Position numbers and translations under genes: made by a program
Assembly: GCA_035446985.1 (NCBI GenBank)
Contig: DAOTGG010000003.1
Location: 1-56,369 of the forward strand
Direction: 5' to 3'
Origin: Eubacteriales bacterium
GTDB lineage: Bacteria; Bacillota; Clostridia; Christensenellales; CAG-314
DNA: 56,369 nucleotides
The notes under the pieces: model-generated
Told to the model about the DNA's origin: nothing
Database searches by the model: none
The model's input: only the letters and a program-made list of their open reading frames with translations
Shown: piece after piece, positions 20,807 to 28,958 of the stretch
How positions within the stretch are numbered: position 1 is the first letter of the stretch
Layout: each line of letters opens with the position of its first letter

Positions 20807-20921
20807 TTTATAGTTAATAAATATAAAGAAATTGCTGCGGCTAATCCTTTCCATGTGCCAAAGGTTATTGATGAGATGTTAAAGAATCATGTTAAATCCG
20901 CTTGAATATTATAAAAAAATT

Positions 20922-22757
20922 TTAGTCAACTTTCTTTGCCCGAGCCTGTGCTTTCAAACGCAGTTCGGTATTTAATATTTTTTTGCGTATTCTGATATTT
21001 TTCGGAGTGATTTCTAAGATTTCGTCGTCGGCGATAAATTCCATCGCTTCTTCAAGGCTTAGTTTTTTCGGCGGTTCAAGACGCAAAGCGTCGTCCGAGC
21101 CTGAAGCGCGCGTATTAGTCAAATGTTTTTTCTTGCATACGTTTACCACGACGTCTTCGTTTTTCGGATTTTCGCCCACTACCATACCCTGATAAACGTC
21201 GGTATTAGGTTCGATAAAAAGTCTGCCTCTGCTCTGCGCGTTAAAAAGTCCGTATGTGACAGCTACGCCTGTTTCGTATGCTACAAGTGAACCGCTTACT
21301 CTGCGAGAGACTTCGCCTTTGTATGGCATATAATCGTAAAATATTGTGTTAAAAACGCCTTCGCCGCGAGTATCAGTCATAAACTGGCTTTTGTAACCGA
21401 ATAATCCTCTTACGGGTATGGCAAATTCCATTCTTACCCGAGTTGCGCTAAGGTTTTCCATTTGCAAAAGTTCGCCTTTACGTTCGCCCATGCTTTGGAA
21501 TACCGCGCCAGTTTTGTCGGTGGGCACGTCCACGACGAGTTTTTCGATAGGTTCGTATTTTACTCCGTCAATCGTTTTGTACAGCACTCTTGGAGGTCCG
21601 ACCTGAAACTCGTAATTGTCGCGGCGCATATTTTCGATAAGAATTGACAAATGCATTTCGCCGCGACCGCAAACGCGGTAACTGTCGGTGGAATCCGTAT
21701 CGTCGACCTTTAACGAAACATCTTTTAATGTTTCTCTAAAAAGTCGGTCTCTTAAATGTCTTGTAGTAACATATTTGCCTTCTCGCCCAGCGAGAGGACT
21801 ATCGTTGACCGAAAAAGTCATCTCGACGGTGGGTTGCGATATTTCCACGAATTTTATCGGGCTAATGTCTTTCGGCGAGCATATAGTATCGCCAATACCC
21901 ACGTTTTCCAGTCCCGATACGCAAACGATATCCCCCGCAATCGCTTTTTCCACGGGTCTGCGCGTAAGACCGTCTATTTGGTACAAACTCACTATTTTTC
22001 CGTTTTTTATTTCTTCGGGATTGTTGTAATTTAAAAAAGCCGCTTGGTCGCCCATTTTTATTTCGCCGCGTTCTATACGTCCGATAGCGATACGTCCGAC
22101 AAAATCGTTGTAATCGATTGAGCTAACGAGCATTTGAAAAGGAGCGTTAAGTTTTACTTCCACGGGCGGAAAATGATTCAAAATTGCCTCGAAAAGAGGT
22201 GTTAAGTCATCGCCTTGTTTGCGCCAGTCAGTCGACGCTGTGCCTTTTTTGCCAGAGCAGTAAATAATAGGACTGCTGAACTGGTCTTCGCTGGCGTTTA
22301 ATTCCAATAATAAATCCAAAATCTCGTTTTCGACTTGATTGAGCCTTGCGTCGGGACGGTCGATTTTGTTTACGACGATAATGAGTCTGTGTCCCAGTTC
22401 AAGAGCTTTTTGCATCACGAAGCGCGTTTGCGGCATAGGTCCTTCGACGGCGTCGACCAAAACCAAAACGCCGTTAACCATTTTTAAAACTCTTTCGACT
22501 TCTCCGCCAAAATCCGCGTGTCCCGGTGTGTCTACGATGTTTATCTTTACGCCTTTATAAAATACCGACGTGTTTTTTGCCAGTATGGTAATACCGCGCT
22601 CTCTTTCGAGATCGTTGCTGTCCATAACTCTGTCCATGACTTGTTGATTTTCTCTGAATATTCCGCCTTGTTTCAACATTTCATTAACTAAAGTTGTTTT
22701 GCCGTGGTCTACGTGCGCTATAATAGCCACGTTTCTTAAATCTTTTCTTGCAGTCAA
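20922..22757 (-). CDS. typA: translational GTPase TypA/BipA
   Basis: [16 protein letters not shown] (G1), DTPGHADF and NKID are present, with the EF-G-like domain order. The start is placed at the in-frame TTG at 22757, giving (M)[12 protein letters not shown] with a GGAG upstream. The maximal ORF (TTG at 22817) would add 20 atypical residues. Confidence 0.88.
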   Translation of the reverse strand: MTARKDLRNVAIIAHVDHGKTTLVNEMLKQGGIFRENQQVMDRVMDSNDLERERGITILAKNTSVFYKGVKINIVDTPGHADFGGEVERVLKMVNGVLVLVDAVEGPMPQTRFVMQKALELGHRLIIVVNKIDRPDARLNQVENEILDLLLELNASEDQFSSPIIYCSGKKGTASTDWRKQGDDLTPLFEAILNHFPPVEVKLNAPFQMLVSSIDYNDFVGRIAIGRIERGEIKMGDQAAFLNYNNPEEIKNGKIVSLYQIDGLTRRPVEKAIAGDIVCVSGLENVGIGDTICSPKDISPIKFVEISQPTVEMTFSVNDSPLAGREGKYVTTRHLRDRLFRETLKDVSLKVDDTDSTDSYRVCGRGEMHLSILIENMRRDNYEFQVGPPRVLYKTIDGVKYEPIEKLVVDVPTDKTGAVFQSMGERKGELLQMENLSATRVRMEFAIPVRGLFGYKSQFMTDTRGEGVFNTIFYDYMPYKGEVSRRVSGSLVAYETGVAVTYGLFNAQSRGRLFIEPNTDVYQGMVVGENPKNEDVVVNVCKKKHLTNTRASGSDDALRLEPPKKLSLEEAMEFIADDEILEITPKNIRIRKKILNTELRLKAQARAKKVD

Positions 22758-22905
22758 TTTCTTATTTTCTCCATGGTTTGCGTCATTTATCTTACGCAAT
22801 TGATTAAATATTAACAAAAAAAGTGAAAAGAACCTATCTTTTCACGCTAAACATTATACTAGCACCGCCGCGACGTTTTGTCAAACAGATTAAAGCTTGC
22901 CTTGC

Positions 22906-22934
22906 TTGATTTTAATAAATTTTAGTGATATAAT
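22906..22934 (+). promoter_or_regulatory. sigma-70-like promoter of the Fur-family gene, positioned for a leaderless mRNA
   Basis: TTGATT (22906-22911), a 17-nt spacer, then TATAAT (22929-22934). The ATG at 22941 lies 6 nt after the -10 element, with only TTTTTT between them and no Shine-Dalgarno. Confidence 0.5.
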
Positions 22935-22940
22935 TTTTTT

Positions 22941-23360
22941 ATGAAAAGCGCAAGAATAAATTACAAAACCGAGATGCGCAAAGCGGCATTAAAATTTTTG
23001 ACGGAAAATGTCGACACAACGGTAACCGCCAAAGACGTTTTAAATTATTTGAATGAAAAGGGTTTATACGTTAACATAACTTCGGTATATCGTTATCTCG
23101 ATACCCTTTGCGAAACAGGCAAACTGAATAAATTTGTCGCGCAAAAAGGGCAGCTGACAGTTTTTCAGTACGTCGGCGAAAACAAATGCGGCGAACACCT
23201 GCATCTCAAATGCTCTGATTGCGGTCAGCTTATTCATCTTGACTGTGATTTTATGAAAGAAATTTCCGAGCATTTAACCAAAAATCACGGCTTTGAGCTT
23301 GACTGTGAAAATACCGTAATTTACGGAAAATGCGACAAATGCGCGAAACGGACTAAATAG
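22941..23360 (+). CDS. Fur-family metalloregulator (Zur-like by context)
   Basis: The protein is 139 aa with an N-terminal winged-helix region. HLHLKCSDCG and GKCDKCA give the two CxxC pairs typical of Fur/Zur/PerR. The gene is adjacent to a metal ABC importer. Confidence 0.8.
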   Translation: MKSARINYKTEMRKAALKFLTENVDTTVTAKDVLNYLNEKGLYVNITSVYRYLDTLCETGKLNKFVAQKGQLTVFQYVGENKCGEHLHLKCSDCGQLIHLDCDFMKEISEHLTKNHGFELDCENTVIYGKCDKCAKRTK

Positions 23361-23374
23361 TCCGTTTTTATTTA
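23348..23374 (+). terminator. intrinsic terminator after the Fur-family gene
   Basis: The stem acggact / agtccgt (23348-23354 / 23359-23365) spans the TAG stop and is followed by ttttattt. Confidence 0.65.
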
Positions 23375-23457
23375 CTAAAAAACTTTTCTTTGTCAAAAAT
23401 TTAATTACAAAAATTATTTTATTATTTTAAAAAATTTTAAGAAAGTCGCGGCAATAT

Positions 23458-23486
23458 TTGACAATTTGCGGATAGACTATTATAAT
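23458..23486 (+). promoter_or_regulatory. consensus sigma-70 promoter of the metal ABC operon
   Basis: TTGACA (23458-23463), a 17-nt spacer, then TATAAT (23481-23486). Confidence 0.65.
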
Positions 23487-23514
23487 TGAAAACGCAAATA
23501 AATTGCATTTTCAA
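23486..23514 (+). promoter_or_regulatory. palindromic operator candidate (Fur-family binding site)
   Basis: TTGAAAACGCAAAT-A-AATTGCATTTTCAA is a 14-1-14 inverted repeat with 12 of 14 matching. It starts at the last base of the -10 element and covers the expected transcription start. Confidence 0.55.
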
Positions 23515-23533
23515 AAAATTACGGAGTTTTTCA

Positions 23534-24397
23534 ATGAAAAATATATCAAAAATTTTGTGCTTGGTCATCGCTTTTGCGCTTGTCATTGTGTCGAGCGCAG
23601 GCTGCACGCCAAAAATTACCAACGATAAAATAACTGTCGCCGTTACGATAGTGCCTTTGGCGGGTTTTGTAAAAGCCGTTTGCGGCGATAAGGTAAATGT
23701 TATCACATTGATTCCGCCCGGATACAGTCCCGCAACGTATGAACCCACCCCTCAGCAAATGATAGAGTTTTCTGATGCGAATATTTGTTTTGCCGTTGGA
23801 GTTCCCGCGGAAGAGTCGATGTTGTCGGAAGCCGTGCCAACAGTTATTAGACTGCAAGACATAGTTTCAGAAGTTTATCCCGACCGTTATTTTGATGACG
23901 GCGGCAGGGATCCGCATATATGGCTGTCGGTAAAACGGGTAAAAATAATGGTAACGGAAATAGCTTCGCAAATGTCCGCGCTTGACCCTGTTAACGCGGA
24001 TTATTATCAATCTAATGCCGAAGAATATCTTAACCAGCTTGACGAAGTAGATTTATTATTAAAAGCTGCGGTTAACGAAATGGACAGCAAACAATTTATC
24101 GTTTTTCATCCCGCTTTCGGGTATTTAGCCGAAGATTACGGGCTTAATATGGTTGCGCTCGAAGAAGAAGGCAAGGAAGCCACAGCCGCGCATTTGCAGG
24201 AAGTAATAGATTTTGCGAAAGCCGAAGGTATAAAAGCGATTTTTTATCAAGAAGAAATAGACAGCAAACAAGCGCAATCTTTTGCCGAAGAAATAGGCGG
24301 GGCAACGGTAATGCTGTCGCCGCTTGCGGAAAACTATATCGAAAATATCTTATCTATGATAAATACCATAAAAGAGGTAAACAGCAAAAATGACTGA
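23534..24397 (+). CDS. metal (Zn/Mn-type, cluster-9 TroA/ZnuA-like) ABC substrate-binding lipoprotein
   Basis: A signal peptide with a lipobox is present (LVIVSSAGC). DPHIWLS and FHPAFGYLAEDYGL are ZnuA/TroA-family motifs. A GGAG RBS lies 7 nt upstream of the ATG. The ORF-track TTG at 23486 falls inside the promoter. Confidence 0.85.
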   Translation: MKNISKILCLVIAFALVIVSSAGCTPKITNDKITVAVTIVPLAGFVKAVCGDKVNVITLIPPGYSPATYEPTPQQMIEFSDANICFAVGVPAEESMLSEAVPTVIRLQDIVSEVYPDRYFDDGGRDPHIWLSVKRVKIMVTEIASQMSALDPVNADYYQSNAEEYLNQLDEVDLLLKAAVNEMDSKQFIVFHPAFGYLAEDYGLNMVALEEEGKEATAAHLQEVIDFAKAEGIKAIFYQEEIDSKQAQSFAEEIGGATVMLSPLAENYIENILSMINTIKEVNSKND

Positions 24398-25145
24398 TAT
24401 CGCTATATCGATAAAAAATCTTACGGCGCGTTACGACAATAATATTGCGCTCCAAGATATAAATATCGATGTCAAAAAAGGAGAATTTTTGGCTTTGATA
24501 GGACCTAACGGCGGCGGAAAATCGACTTTGATTAAAGCCATATTGAGACTCGCGCCGTTTGAAGGAAAAATTGAGATTTTTGGTCAAAAGAAAATAGACG
24601 ACGTAGGCTACGTTCCCCAAATTTCGTCCGCAGAAAAAAAATTCCCCATTTCCGTATTGGAAGTCGTACTCAGCGGACTGCACAAAAAAACGCTAAATCC
24701 GTTCAGTAAATATTCCCAAATGCAAAAAAACGAGGCTATGGAAACGCTGGAAAGACTGGGTATCGAAAAATTGGCGGACCGCCAGATTGACGAACTATCG
24801 GGCGGCGAGTTTCAAAAAACATTATTATGCAGAGCTTTGCTGTCAAAGCCTAAAATTTTGCTGCTGGATGAACCTACGGCAAATATAGATCCCAGCTCGG
24901 CGAAAAATATTTATGAATTACTAAAAGAATTAAATAAAACGATAACTATCGTAATGGCGACGCACGACCTTTTTGCCGTCAGCGACGGCGTAACAAGACT
25001 TGCGTGTCTTAATAAAACTCTGGTTTATCACGGCGAGCCGCAGTTAACCCTCGACACTATGGACAAACTTTACGGCTGCCCTGTAGATTTGATCGCGCAC
25101 GGTATTCCGCATAGAGTGCTTGGACATCACGGAGAAAACGAATAA
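24390..25145 (+). CDS. metal ABC transporter ATP-binding protein
   Basis: Walker A GPNGGGKST, signature LSGGEFQK and Walker B LLLDEP are present. Confidence 0.9.
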   Translation: MTDIAISIKNLTARYDNNIALQDINIDVKKGEFLALIGPNGGGKSTLIKAILRLAPFEGKIEIFGQKKIDDVGYVPQISSAEKKFPISVLEVVLSGLHKKTLNPFSKYSQMQKNEAMETLERLGIEKLADRQIDELSGGEFQKTLLCRALLSKPKILLLDEPTANIDPSSAKNIYELLKELNKTITIVMATHDLFAVSDGVTRLACLNKTLVYHGEPQLTLDTMDKLYGCPVDLIAHGIPHRVLGHHGENE

Positions 25146-25972
25146 TGATTGAAACGATTTTAAAATATCAGTTTTTGCAAAAAGCGATTTTGGCGTCAAT
25201 ATTGACAAGTATAGTCGCTGGAATAATAGGCGTTATTATAGTGCAGAAAAAACTCGTTATGATGACGGGCGGCATTGCCCACACAACTTACGGCGGAGTA
25301 GGACTGGGATATTTATTGGGAATAGAGCCGATACTCGGCGGATTTATGTTTGCCTTGGGCGCGGCTTTCGGAATAGGGTATCTAAAACGCAAAGGCGGAG
25401 TTGATACCGATATTCTTATCGCGTTGTTTTGGTCGTTAGGAATGGCGGCGGGCGTGGCTTTTATTGGACTTATGCCTGGATATCCGCCCGATATTACGTC
25501 GTATCTATTCGGCAATATTTTGTCGGTTACCAATTTTGATTTAATTATGATGGCGGTACTTACGGTAGTGGTAACGCTGTCAACGCTTATTTTCCTTAAC
25601 GACTGGAAAACCTATCTTTTTGACGAAGAATTCGCTCACGTGCGTGGAATGAAAACTTCTTTAATGGAATACTGGCTGCTCGTTTTGGTTGCGCTTACGG
25701 TAGTCGTGCTGATAAGAGCAGCAGGTATTATGCTTGTTATTTCAATGCTCACAGCACCCGCGGCGTCCGCAAGACAGATATCTAAGAAATTTTCGGTAAA
25801 CATAATTCTGGCGGTAGTTTTGGGCGCGGTTTATTGCTTAATCGGACTTGGATTGTCGTATGTTTTGAATATAGCCTCGGGCGCGACCATAATAGCCGTA
25901 TCGGTTTTGGGTTTTGCTTTGTGCATGGTGTTATCAAAAATTTTGAAAAACAAAAAGACTGTAAAAAATTAA
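25145..25972 (+). CDS. metal ABC transporter permease (ZnuB/TroCD-like)
   Basis: The protein is polytopic and hydrophobic at 275 aa. Its start overlaps the ATPase stop (TAATG). It has the ABC-3 family appearance. Confidence 0.85.
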   Translation: MIETILKYQFLQKAILASILTSIVAGIIGVIIVQKKLVMMTGGIAHTTYGGVGLGYLLGIEPILGGFMFALGAAFGIGYLKRKGGVDTDILIALFWSLGMAAGVAFIGLMPGYPPDITSYLFGNILSVTNFDLIMMAVLTVVVTLSTLIFLNDWKTYLFDEEFAHVRGMKTSLMEYWLLVLVALTVVVLIRAAGIMLVISMLTAPAASARQISKKFSVNIILAVVLGAVYCLIGLGLSYVLNIASGATIIAVSVLGFALCMVLSKILKNKKTVKN

Positions 25973-26139
25973 GCAACGCGACTAAAAATATTTTATTCAC
26001 AGAAAAACAAAAGAGCGTAATTTGTAACACGCTAAACCTTTGTCTTAAAAAAATTAGTTTTGACTATTGCAAAAAAATCGGTTAAGTGCTAGAATTTACA
26101 TTGGTATGAAAATATAAGGAAGGTAATTAAAATTTATTT

Positions 26140-26844
26140 ATGAGCGTTAAAATTGCTTTATCAACTCAGTTGGACAGTTTGGGAGTATCTCCAAACTACA
26201 GACGGGCGTTGGAAAGTTTGGGTTGTGAAGTAGTTGATTTGCCGCTGGTAACAATGGACAATATCGACGAAATTTTAGATAATTATGACGGATTTATTTT
26301 GACGGGCGGCGCCGACATAAATCCGTTACTTTACGGTGAGAAAAATTTGTACGCAACCAAAATCAACGACGACAGAGACAACAGCGATGTTATTCTAACA
26401 AAAGCATTGATAAAATCCGATAAACCGCTACTGGCTATTTGCCGCGGAATGCAGCTACTTAACACTATTTGCGGCGGCACTCTTTATCAGGACTTGACTA
26501 AACAAAATCCCGAATGCAAAATAAACCATTTGCAGAGTGACCGTTCATACGAATACGTTCATAAAGTTAATATTTTGCCCGATACCTTACTTGCGGATAT
26601 TTGCCCGTCAGTTATTAACGTGAATACTATCCACCATCAAGCGGTAAAAAAACTGGGCGAAGGTCTTTTTGTCGCCGCTGTATCGAACGATAATATTATC
26701 GAAGCCGTTGAAATGAAAGATAAAAAATTTGTTTTGGGTTTGCAATGGCATCCCGAAAGACTTACGACGTACAGCGAGCATAACGCTATATTGAGTATGT
26801 TTGTGGATGAATGCGAAAGACAAAAAAACGCGGTTAACGCTTGA
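26140..26844 (+). CDS. class I glutamine amidotransferase / peptidase C26 (gamma-glutamyl-GABA hydrolase family)
   Basis: A nucleophile elbow (LAICRGMQLLN), HHQAV and LQWHPE are present. Confidence 0.8.
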   Translation: MSVKIALSTQLDSLGVSPNYRRALESLGCEVVDLPLVTMDNIDEILDNYDGFILTGGADINPLLYGEKNLYATKINDDRDNSDVILTKALIKSDKPLLAICRGMQLLNTICGGTLYQDLTKQNPECKINHLQSDRSYEYVHKVNILPDTLLADICPSVINVNTIHHQAVKKLGEGLFVAAVSNDNIIEAVEMKDKKFVLGLQWHPERLTTYSEHNAILSMFVDECERQKNAVNA

Positions 26845-26897
26845 TATTTATTTAATCTTTAAACTTAATAAAAATAAAAAAATGAATTTCAAAAAAG

Positions 26898-26930
26898 AAA
26901 ACCGTCCGAAATAAAGACGGTTTTTTTATT
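26898..26930. terminator. bidirectional terminator between the convergent amidotransferase and plsY
   Basis: The stem aaaaccgtc / gacggtttt (26898-26906 / 26916-26924) is flanked by an A-run and a T-run. Confidence 0.7.
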
Positions 26931-27011
26931 TTATGCAGAATAAATAGAACTGAATATTTTAAAATTTAGGTTGTTTAGTTATGATTGCCTTAAATTTATT
27001 TTAATAGAATT

Positions 27012-27779
27012 TTAGTCAATATTATTCGTAATTTTTTCCTGTTTTTGTTCAGTCTTTTCGGGTTTGGTATTGTTGGAATCGGGTTCTTCTTTTGCTTTGC
27101 GTTTTGCTAAAAGCCCCGCTCTCACGCCCGAATTATTTTCCGTGCCCGTAAGCAAGCGTTTTATATTGGCGCGGTGGGCAATGACGATAATAAACCAAAT
27201 AATGCCCATCGTTACCGTTATGGGTATCGCTACGCCGTCGGCGGTTAACGCGGAGTTGGTTAAAGAAACGATGGCGGTATAAACAAACTGAGCGGTGATA
27301 TTAAGCAAAGCAAAAATACTCATTTTGTCTGTGAGGAAAATAATAAGTACGGCGAACGCAAGACAGATGAGCGTCATAATAGGGTTTAAAACCAATAATG
27401 CTCCAAGACTTGTCGCAACGCCTTTTCCGCCTTTGAACTTCAAAAACACGGGGTACATGTGTCCTAAGACCGCGCAAAGGGCAAGGAAAAATCCAGCGAA
27501 TACGCTCAAAGACAAGTTGCCCGTGAAAGCGAAAAACAAATATCTGCCGATTAGCGCGGCAACGATGCCTTTTGTTAAATCGCAAGTAAAAGTCAGCGCG
27601 CCCATTTTCAGTCCGAACGTGCGGACGACATTCGTGGTGCCAGGATTTCCGCTGCCGTATTGTCTTATGTCCTGATGTTTGATTTTCTTTGAAAAAATGA
27701 CGGCAAAGTTAATATTGCAGATAAGATAAACGCATAAACCCGCAATAAGCAACTGCCACCAGTAGGTTAGAATAATCAT
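27012..27779 (-). CDS. plsY: glycerol-3-phosphate acyltransferase PlsY with a charged C-terminal tail of about 45 aa
   Basis: GSGNPGTTNV and KGGKGVAT are PlsY motifs. The C-terminus KRKAKEEPDSNNTKPEKTEQKQEK is an extra low-complexity tail. Confidence 0.88.
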   Translation of the reverse strand: MIILTYWWQLLIAGLCVYLICNINFAVIFSKKIKHQDIRQYGSGNPGTTNVVRTFGLKMGALTFTCDLTKGIVAALIGRYLFFAFTGNLSLSVFAGFFLALCAVLGHMYPVFLKFKGGKGVATSLGALLVLNPIMTLICLAFAVLIIFLTDKMSIFALLNITAQFVYTAIVSLTNSALTADGVAIPITVTMGIIWFIIVIAHRANIKRLLTGTENNSGVRAGLLAKRKAKEEPDSNNTKPEKTEQKQEKITNNID

Positions 27780-27810
27780 GTCGACCTCTTTATTGTTGTT
27801 TGGTAGATAG

Positions 27811-27840
27811 AGTATATCAAAGCATACCCTTTTTTAGCAA
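27811..27840 (-). promoter_or_regulatory. candidate plsY promoter
   Basis: On the minus strand: TTGCTA (27840-27835), an 18-nt spacer, then TATACT (27816-27811). Confidence 0.35.
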
Positions 27841-28060
27841 GGAATAATAAGCAGAAAATGGCGGAAAATAGCTAATTTTTTCACTTTTAATACAAATAAT
27901 GGATTTAAGTTCATTTTAAAGCGATTTTCCAATCATTTTTTGTACTTAATTCAAATAACCTATTTTATGTCAAAAAAATTAAAAAATGCGCTTTATCCAT
28001 TTCGACATTCATAACAATATCGCTAATTGTGAAATAGTTTTAAATTGAAAATTTTAGAAT

Positions 28061-28093
28061 AAAAAAAGAAAGGCGGATAGCCTTTCTTTTTTT
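28061..28093. terminator. terminator of the lysine fermentation operon (bidirectional form)
   Basis: The stem agaaaggc / gcctttct (28067-28074 / 28080-28087) has an A-run on one side and a T-run on the other. Confidence 0.7.
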
Positions 28094-28169
28094 GTATATG
28101 CTCGTTCTTTGAAACTTGCTTGATTTTTTACCGATATCTTAGCGTAATAATTTACGTAGCTGCAAAATT

Positions 28170-28958
28170 TTATTTCATTTTACGGGCTATCATTTCCTGA
28201 ACAGCAAAAGATATTACGTCGTCGGCGTATTTGCCGGGACCGAATCCCGCGTCATAGCCAAGCTCTTTCGCAAGCTCGTGCGTAATACGCGCGCCGCCGC
28301 AAATAAGTATGACTTTATCGCGAAGTCCGTCCGCTTCGAGCAGCTCGACAAGTTCGGTAAGGTTCGTGATATGCACGTTTTTTTGTGTGACTGTTTGCGA
28401 TACCAAAAGAATATCGGCTTTGAGTTCTTTTGCTTTTGCGATAAATTCTTCGTTTAATACCTGGCTGCCCATATTAACGGCTTCTATCATATCGTATCTT
28501 TCCAGTCCGTAGTGTCCCGCAAAACCTTTGCGGTTCATAATGGCGTCAATGCCTACGGTATGAGCGTCCGTGCCTGTCGACGCGCCCAAAACAACGATTT
28601 TTCTGCCGAAATTGGTTTTGATAAACTCGTTAGTTTCTTCCATCGACATTGTTTCGGACTCAACCGTTTTTACAATAATACTGTCGTAATTTATCGTGTG
28701 GGTGCAGCTGCCGTATACGACGTAAAATGTGAATGCGTCGTCGAGCGTTTTTGACAAAGCTACGTTCGGCTCGGTAAGCCCCATTTTTTCAGCATAAAGC
28801 CGTGCGGCTTCCGTGCCTTTTTCGTTATTGGGTACTGGCAGCGTAAAACTCACCTGAACTTTGCCGTCGTTCATCGTGTCGCCGTAAGGCATAAGTTTTT
28901 TTGTGTTGAGGGTTGTATCAAACTTCTTTTTTGAAGTGTTATAAAGTCCCGAACTCAT
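28170..28958 (-). CDS. kamE: beta-lysine 5,6-aminomutase beta subunit (B12-binding)
   Basis: The sequence is near-colinear with remembered C. sticklandii KamE (PYGDTMNDGKVQ, GASTGTDAHTVGIDAI containing the DxHxxG motif, LVSQTVTQKNVHI). Confidence 0.92.
   Translation of the reverse strand: MSSGLYNTSKKKFDTTLNTKKLMPYGDTMNDGKVQVSFTLPVPNNEKGTEAARLYAEKMGLTEPNVALSKTLDDAFTFYVVYGSCTHTINYDSIIVKTVESETMSMEETNEFIKTNFGRKIVVLGASTGTDAHTVGIDAIMNRKGFAGHYGLERYDMIEAVNMGSQVLNEEFIAKAKELKADILLVSQTVTQKNVHITNLTELVELLEADGLRDKVILICGGARITHELAKELGYDAGFGPGKYADDVISFAVQEMIARKMK

Noticed and set aside
20810-20921. A spacer of about 110 nt between the typA stop and its terminator, containing a 25-codon minus-strand ORF (MERISRSNFF...).
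   Set aside because: It has no Shine-Dalgarno and runs through the terminator hairpin. It is most likely a non-coding 3' UTR.
23486-23533. The TTG start at 23486 for the metal-binding lipoprotein, with similar extended starts at 55035 (CoA-transferase) and 46903 (flavoprotein subunit).
   Set aside because: The extended starts fall inside a promoter/operator or inside upstream genes and lack an RBS. The internal ATGs have good RBS or overlap geometry and give canonical N-termini.
25834-26085. An 83-aa ORF in the znuB-to-amidotransferase intergenic region.
   Set aside because: It starts inside the permease gene in another frame, has no RBS and has an implausible composition. The region more likely holds only the amidotransferase promoter (TTGCAA-17-TAGAAT near 26070-26098).
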